Below, in pieces: positions 63,463-64,000 of a DNA stretch of 64,000 nt. Position numbers and translations under genes: made by a program. The DNA is from an uncultured Pseudacidovorax sp. (GTDB lineage: Bacteria > Pseudomonadota > Gammaproteobacteria > Burkholderiales > Burkholderiaceae_C), in NCBI RefSeq assembly GCF_913773995.1, contig NZ_CAJYES010000033.1, positions 17,364 through 81,363 of the forward strand, written 5' to 3'. Under the pieces are notes generated by a model. That model searched no databases and was not told the origin of the DNA. It was given only the letters and a program-made list of their open reading frames with translations. How positions within the stretch are numbered: position 1 is the first letter of the stretch; each line of letters begins with the position of its first letter.

Positions 63463-63987
63463 ATGGCGATGACCCCGGCGGATCTTCGCTTGAGCGATGT
63501 CCACGACGCCGCCCAACTCCAGGCGGCCCAAGCCCTGTTCCGCGAGTACGCGGCCTCGTTGCAGATCGACCTGGGCTTCCAGGATTTCGAGGAGGAGCTT
63601 GCCGCGCTTCCTGGCGACTACGTCGCCCCGCGCGGCGCGCTGCTGCTGGCCTGGGCTCCGCCGGCGCCGGTGGCGGCCCAGGACGCGCCGCCGCGCCTCG
63701 CCGGCTGCTGTGCATTGCGTCCGATGGACACGGCCGACTATCCCAATGCTGCCGAGATGAAGCGCCTGTACGTGCGCCCGGCCTTCCGCGGTCTGGGCCT
63801 CGGCCGACGGCTCGCCGAAGCCGCCCTGGATGCGGCCCGACAGGCGGGCTATTCCTGCGTCCTCCTCGACACGCTGGACGACATGGAATCCGCCCGCGCG
63901 CTCTATGTGGACCTGGGCTTCGTGGACATTCCGCCCTACTACCACAACCCCATTGCAGGCGCGCACTACCTCAAGGCCGACCTCTGA
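63463..63987 (+). CDS. GNAT-family N-acetyltransferase
   Basis: AEMKRLYVRPAFRGLGLGRRL, LDTL and ARALYVDLGF. Confidence 0.92.
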   Translation: MAMTPADLRLSDVHDAAQLQAAQALFREYAASLQIDLGFQDFEEELAALPGDYVAPRGALLLAWAPPAPVAAQDAPPRLAGCCALRPMDTADYPNAAEMKRLYVRPAFRGLGLGRRLAEAALDAARQAGYSCVLLDTLDDMESARALYVDLGFVDIPPYYHNPIAGAHYLKADL

Positions 63988-64000
63988 GCGCCTGTCTCAT

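Overview
High-GC betaproteobacterial chromosome segment. Gene style and repeats look Comamonadaceae-like; this is inference, not a database result. No rRNA, tRNA, CRISPR array, integrase or transposase was seen. Layout: (1) 1-10.8 kb, + strand N-heterocycle catabolic cluster: Bug/TctC binding protein, PuuE-like deacetylase, GntR, Asp/Glu/hydantoin racemase-like protein, cyanuric acid hydrolase/barbiturase (AtzD) family enzyme, amidase, FAD monooxygenase, VOC protein, NitT/TauT ABC transporter and HpxZ/AtzH. (2) 10.9-18.9 kb, - strand DUF3617 gene and a ROK-regulated sugar ABC/TIM-barrel/Gfo-Idh-MocA operon. (3) 19-29.3 kb housekeeping: complete atpIBEFHAGDC and dat-ybeD-lipB-lipA. (4) 29.5-41.5 kb accessory block: AEC transporter, LysR-sulfatase-TctC-aldose epimerase module, GH43-like Ig-domain lipoprotein with an apparently lost catalytic acid, porin, stand-alone degenerate HATPase, BaeSR-like two-component pair. 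(5) 41.5-58 kb: SWIM-SNF2 ATPase, acyl-CoA ligase, AraC, cytochrome b561, EamA, orphan zwf, uppP, DUF4188, MDR reductase and a Spy/CpxP-linked two-component module. (6) 58-64 kb: EIIA(Man)-HPr-EI, lipoprotein, TlpA, cytochrome c', cytochrome b, GNAT. The best candidates for undescribed biology are the AtzD-family cluster (purine-type and oxygenase genes, no AtzG/AtzF/BiuH in the window), the GH43-like pseudo-enzyme lipoprotein, and the pseudo-HATPase operon. A REP-like palindrome is translated in frame inside two genes. Start codons were re-picked by eye from the ORF track; all family assignments come from motif recognition, not searches.
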